Part shown: positions 60,581 through 64,000 of the stretch, one piece after another
How the letters are laid out: each line of letters starts with the position of its first letter
Numbering within the stretch: the stretch's first letter is position 1
Sequence record: OZ035810.1
From: Gamaleyavirus AN24P2
Strand: one strand, 5' to 3'
DNA: 64,000 bases
Translations under genes and position numbers: made by a program
The notes under the pieces: generated by a model
Database searches by the model: none
What the model was told of the DNA's origin: nothing
The model's input: the letters and a program-made list of their open reading frames with translations, nothing else

Positions 60581-61798
60581 TTAGCTAAGGGCATAATCGG
60601 CCTCCAGAATGTCTTGCCAGAGGCTGTCATCCAGCTTACCAGCAGAGAACTCTTGTCCAAGTACCTGGGACAGGATGAATCCCAGTAGGTCACTCTTCGC
60701 AATGTCAGACAGAATCTGATTGTACTGACGACGTAGGTCATTACCATAGTTAGGGTGGCAACGGAAGCAGTCATGTACAGTCATTACAGGGAATGGCTTC
60801 TTAGGCATAGTGTCAATCATATCTGCTACTACTTGACGGTCTACCAATGCAATAGTATTCGGGTCAAGGAAGTCTAGGATAGACAGCGACAGGAATCCAG
60901 ATTTCTCATAATGATTCCAGATTTCCATAGTTTTCTCTTGGTTCCCTTCAATAACAGGGTATTCACTTGGTCCGATATCGCACAGTTCACGTACATAGGC
61001 AACCAGTTTAGGATCGAAGTTACAACGACGCAGCATCTCACGTACCACCATTCCATCAATAGAGTGAGTGATGTTAGCAGAAAGCATACGGGTCTTCTCT
61101 TCAGTACCCTGAACCATACGAGTGATGTCAAATGGCTTACCTAAGAAGTTAACAGTTTGTACTTCTGGAACCATGACCTTAATGACAGCATGGAAGTTGT
61201 CAGGTAATACCCATACGTAACGGTTAGCATCCGGGTTACCACATTGCAGTAAGAACTTGTTCAATGCCCAAGGACCACTAGCAACAGTTTCCATTACATT
61301 CTCAAAAGTCTTGAGACGAATACCTTCACCGAATACTTCTTTAGGCTTGGCTTCTGAACCGTAGAATGCAGTCATAACTGCCTGCTTAGTGTCACTACGT
61401 TTAATACGAGATGCTTCACCAAGGATGTCCAGCATCTTATGATAGATAACTGTATAAGCATCACGACGTAATGGCTTACCATTCTCTCCCATGTAATTAA
61501 CTACGTTACACAGTTCAGCAGCAGAACGGTCACCAGTCAGGCAAGCCAGTAACTGCAATCCTGACGATGTAGCATCCAGAGCCACGGCATACCCAATAGG
61601 CTTACCTGCTTTCATGTCTTTCCATGCGTTTAAGCCAGCATAGAACAGTGCAGATTCTTCAGCTTCATCTACCAGATTAAGTAGGTTAGCCTCATTCTCA
61701 TCGAACCAAGTAATACGTTCATCCCAGGTCTTTTTATCCAGACCATAGTTATTGGCGATGTCTACTTTCAAGTATTCTTTAGCGGTTAACAGTTGCAT
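60581..61798 (-). CDS. phage RNA polymerase II large subunit (T7-like catalytic subunit, N4 gp16-like)
   Basis: 405 aa (N4 gp16 is 404 aa); T7 RNAP motif A-like ALDATSSGLQLLA, motif B-like TAFYGSEAK, motif C-like VHDCFRC; AAGGA RBS. Confidence 0.7.
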   Translation of the reverse strand: MQLLTAKEYLKVDIANNYGLDKKTWDERITWFDENEANLLNLVDEAEESALFYAGLNAWKDMKAGKPIGYAVALDATSSGLQLLACLTGDRSAAELCNVVNYMGENGKPLRRDAYTVIYHKMLDILGEASRIKRSDTKQAVMTAFYGSEAKPKEVFGEGIRLKTFENVMETVASGPWALNKFLLQCGNPDANRYVWVLPDNFHAVIKVMVPEVQTVNFLGKPFDITRMVQGTEEKTRMLSANITHSIDGMVVREMLRRCNFDPKLVAYVRELCDIGPSEYPVIEGNQEKTMEIWNHYEKSGFLSLSILDFLDPNTIALVDRQVVADMIDTMPKKPFPVMTVHDCFRCHPNYGNDLRRQYNQILSDIAKSDLLGFILSQVLGQEFSAGKLDDSLWQDILEADYALS

Positions 61799-61855
61799 CT
61801 TATGTTCCTTTTGCTTCTTGGCTCCTCACTATGGAGAGCCTGCTTATTGGATGAA

Positions 61856-62095
61856 TTAGCCAGCATTAAATGATGACAATACTATTCCTGGTTCCACACC
61901 TTCGGTGGCAATACCTAGGTACTCGATGTGCACTCTCTCAGGAGAGGAACACCAGGCGGAAGACAGATTCCATTCTCCGTCTGGATTAATAAGGCGAGCT
62001 TCTTCTTTAGTTTTGGCCGCTACAACGGCAGAATCGTATGTATCCCACCCTGTGTTCTCTTCCTGGCTAATAAGCCATAGTTTTAATCTACTCAT
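61856..62095 (-). CDS. small hypothetical protein between the RNAP II subunits
   Basis: 79-aa ORF overlapping the stop of the RNAP II small-subunit gene. Confidence 0.3.
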   Translation of the reverse strand: MSRLKLWLISQEENTGWDTYDSAVVAAKTKEEARLINPDGEWNLSSAWCSSPERVHIEYLGIATEGVEPGIVLSSFNAG

Positions 62096-62906
62096 CGTTT
62101 ACTAACTCCTTATTAGCGAACTCCAGTACAGCTTTGTTGTAGCTGGTTCCCTGATAGTTAATGTGATAGCCCTGAGCGTAAGTACGCCCACGTTTGTCAT
62201 ATTTGTGACCTAGTGAGAAGTTATTACCTTCTTTGGACACTAACTCCATTACTTCCTTAGCAGTACGGCTGTACTTCTCAAAGGCTTTAACACGTTTCTC
62301 ATAATCCTGACGGGTTTCGCCCTCTTTGGGCTTATCCATATTAGGACGGGAGTCTTTTACATAGTTAGCAACGTCCCAGTTAATGCTTAGACGTTGATTA
62401 TTCATACGGTTGATGTGGTCAAGACAGACATCCATCTCATGATGGTTCTTCTTGAGGATGATACTTCCTCTGCTCTCGTAGTAACCTGTATCACGGTTAC
62501 ACAGAACAGGCTTAGGAGCACTTACGATAGGTAATGGATATTGGAATGCTTCCAGTTCCATCTGTACATCTTCACTAATCTCATAGATAACACCGAATTT
62601 GTCGATGGTAGGGTCATAGTTGAAGCAGTCATTCTCTGCCATTTTATACAGACAGTCGGCGATGTACTGAGCATCATCTGAGTGGTTCATGAGAGAGCCA
62701 ATCATAGTCTGAAGGTCAGCACGTTTATGTAGGGCAATCTGCACCATTGCATCAATGAGCAGCTTATAATCAATTTCCAAATAGGCAGCGAATGCCTTAA
62801 AGTCAATTTCTTCGGAGTCCTCAAATTCCTTCCTCATACGAGGGAGTAACTGGCATTTATTAAACAGTGTTTCTAAAGTCTTTTGATGCTCAATGGATGC
62901 GTACAT
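62088..62906 (-). CDS. phage RNA polymerase II small subunit (N4 gp15-like)
   Basis: 272 aa (N4 gp15 is about 269 aa); directly upstream of the catalytic subunit. Confidence 0.6.
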   Translation of the reverse strand: MYASIEHQKTLETLFNKCQLLPRMRKEFEDSEEIDFKAFAAYLEIDYKLLIDAMVQIALHKRADLQTMIGSLMNHSDDAQYIADCLYKMAENDCFNYDPTIDKFGVIYEISEDVQMELEAFQYPLPIVSAPKPVLCNRDTGYYESRGSIILKKNHHEMDVCLDHINRMNNQRLSINWDVANYVKDSRPNMDKPKEGETRQDYEKRVKAFEKYSRTAKEVMELVSKEGNNFSLGHKYDKRGRTYAQGYHINYQGTSYNKAVLEFANKELVNDE

Positions 62907-62929
62907 AGCTTCTTTCCTATATGAGTTAA

Positions 62930-63406
62930 TTATTTACCGTGATTCGGATGATAGCCGAGAAGATACATAGCTCTTTCTCGTGCTTTACTGGCTTCTTCTA
63001 TAGTATCGAAGTAGCCTAGGTGTTTTAGCTTACCGTCTATACTTATTCGTGCACTCCACTTCTGTAACTTTGCATACCACCCGACACCAGTAACACCGGA
63101 TTTGTTTCTTTTATCTTTGGATTTATTCTTCATGTTTCCTGCATGAGTGGTTAAATTAAGATTACTTAGTAGATTGTTGGCTCTGTTCCTGTCGTCATGG
63201 TCTATTACCATTCCAGGAGGAACTGGGCCATTATGCATCTCCCATATGATTACATGGACACGGTATTGCTTTGCTTTATACATGAAGGTGAGATAGCCGG
63301 TATGATGCATACTTCCTGCTTCATCCCCTATTTTTACTCGTACTGCTGGTTTAATCTTCCAGTATATTCTGCCATTGGCATACTCAAAGATTTCATGCCA
63401 ATTCAT
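62930..63406 (-). CDS. HNH homing endonuclease with AP2 DNA-binding domain
   Basis: 158 aa; HNH_3-like VIDHDDRNRANNLLSNLNLTTHAGN; AP2-like SGVTGVGWYAKLQKWSARISIDGKLKHLGYFDTIEEASKAR; ATG with AGGAG RBS. Confidence 0.7.
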   Translation of the reverse strand: MNWHEIFEYANGRIYWKIKPAVRVKIGDEAGSMHHTGYLTFMYKAKQYRVHVIIWEMHNGPVPPGMVIDHDDRNRANNLLSNLNLTTHAGNMKNKSKDKRNKSGVTGVGWYAKLQKWSARISIDGKLKHLGYFDTIEEASKARERAMYLLGYHPNHGK

Positions 63407-63430
63407 CGCATATTCTCCTAAATGTGATTA

Positions 63431-63455
63431 ATAACCAAAAGCTGCGGAGCAGCTA
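63431..63455. promoter_or_regulatory. hairpin with 3-nt GGA loop preceded by AAAAG: candidate vRNAP-type early promoter and/or minus-strand terminator
   Basis: Plus strand CCAAAAG-CTGC-GGA-GCAG-CT; on the minus strand the same hairpin is followed by TTTTGG. It lies in the only sizeable intergenic gap in the early region. Confidence 0.4.
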
Positions 63456-63459
63456 TTAC

Positions 63460-63735
63460 CTAACGTTTAGTCCAAAAGGTAATACGAATACTGTTCTCTT
63501 GACCAAGGTAGTCAATACGTACATATAAACCATTACCGCTAAACTCGTTATTTTTCTTCTGGTAAGGCCATACCAGACTACGCATAGGTATTTTAATTAA
63601 ACCAGATATATGACCTAGTTTAGTACGACCCTTTAGTTCGTTTTGTAATGCACAATAGATATCATGCCGTGTAAGTGCCCTGGCTCTGACTTGAGCAGCC
63701 CATAGTTCTTCATATGTCATTTGGTAGTCTCCCAA
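63460..63735 (-). CDS. hypothetical early protein
   Basis: 91-aa ORF, minus strand. Confidence 0.35.
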   Translation of the reverse strand: MGDYQMTYEELWAAQVRARALTRHDIYCALQNELKGRTKLGHISGLIKIPMRSLVWPYQKKNNEFSGNGLYVRIDYLGQENSIRITFWTKR

Positions 63736-63980
63736 TAGTTGAAGGCATCACCTAAGTGTTTACGCCATGCTTCAGGTAACAATACGTTGCCTGTAACATT
63801 AATGAACTGATATGGGTCTAGATAGTCATTACTCATGACTTTGAAATCCCATTGTGGATTGGCAGATGCATAGGCAATGAAGCCTTCAATGAAGCCATAG
63901 ATAGCACCCTCTTTGATACGGTTACCATTGCCATCTCTTACTGGGATAGCAAAGCTATTACCATAATGACCATAGGCCAT
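63717..63980 (-). CDS. hypothetical early protein
   Basis: 87-aa ORF; reading frame is open to the window edge, so the true start may lie beyond 64000. Confidence 0.3.
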   Translation of the reverse strand: MAYGHYGNSFAIPVRDGNGNRIKEGAIYGFIEGFIAYASANPQWDFKVMSNDYLDPYQFINVTGNVLLPEAWRKHLGDAFNYWETTK

Positions 63981-64000
63981 ACCCCAACGAGCACCGTGCT

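Noticed and set aside
60454-60774. 106-aa minus-strand ORF overlapping the 3' end of the RNAP II large-subunit gene
   Set aside because: Overlaps the well-supported polymerase ORF in another frame with no RBS; likely spurious.
1-64000. Integrase, repressor or attachment site indicating a temperate lifestyle
   Set aside because: No tyrosine or serine recombinase motifs were found in any ORF; the gene content is that of a strictly lytic N4-like phage.

Overview
This window looks like most of an N4-like podophage genome (Schitoviridae), read with the late/structural module on the + strand (1-32,000) and the early/middle replication module on the - strand (32,000-64,000). The identification rests on a single 3,452-aa ORF (virion RNA polymerase), a split T7-like RNA polymerase II (272 aa + 405 aa), and portal, major capsid, terminase, SSB, family-A DNA polymerase and rIIA/rIIB-like genes in N4-like order. 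All calls are from manual reading of the sequence and ORF translations; no database search or RNA-folding program was run, so products are motif/synteny inferences. The most unusual region is a 1.7-kb ORF-free island (about 32,980-34,720) between the two modules, carrying four minus-strand tRNA-like genes (one canonical cloverleaf with anticodon AAU, three aberrant) and several hairpins. Other points worth follow-up: a hairpin with a 3-nt GGA loop preceded by AAAAG at 63,431-63,455 that resembles an N4 vRNAP early promoter; a lysis cassette with an o-spanin embedded in the i-spanin and a SAR-like endolysin N-terminus; an HNH-AP2 homing endonuclease next to the RNAP II genes; and a C-terminal motif shared by SSB and a neighbouring acidic protein. 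No integrase, CRISPR array or rRNA was seen.
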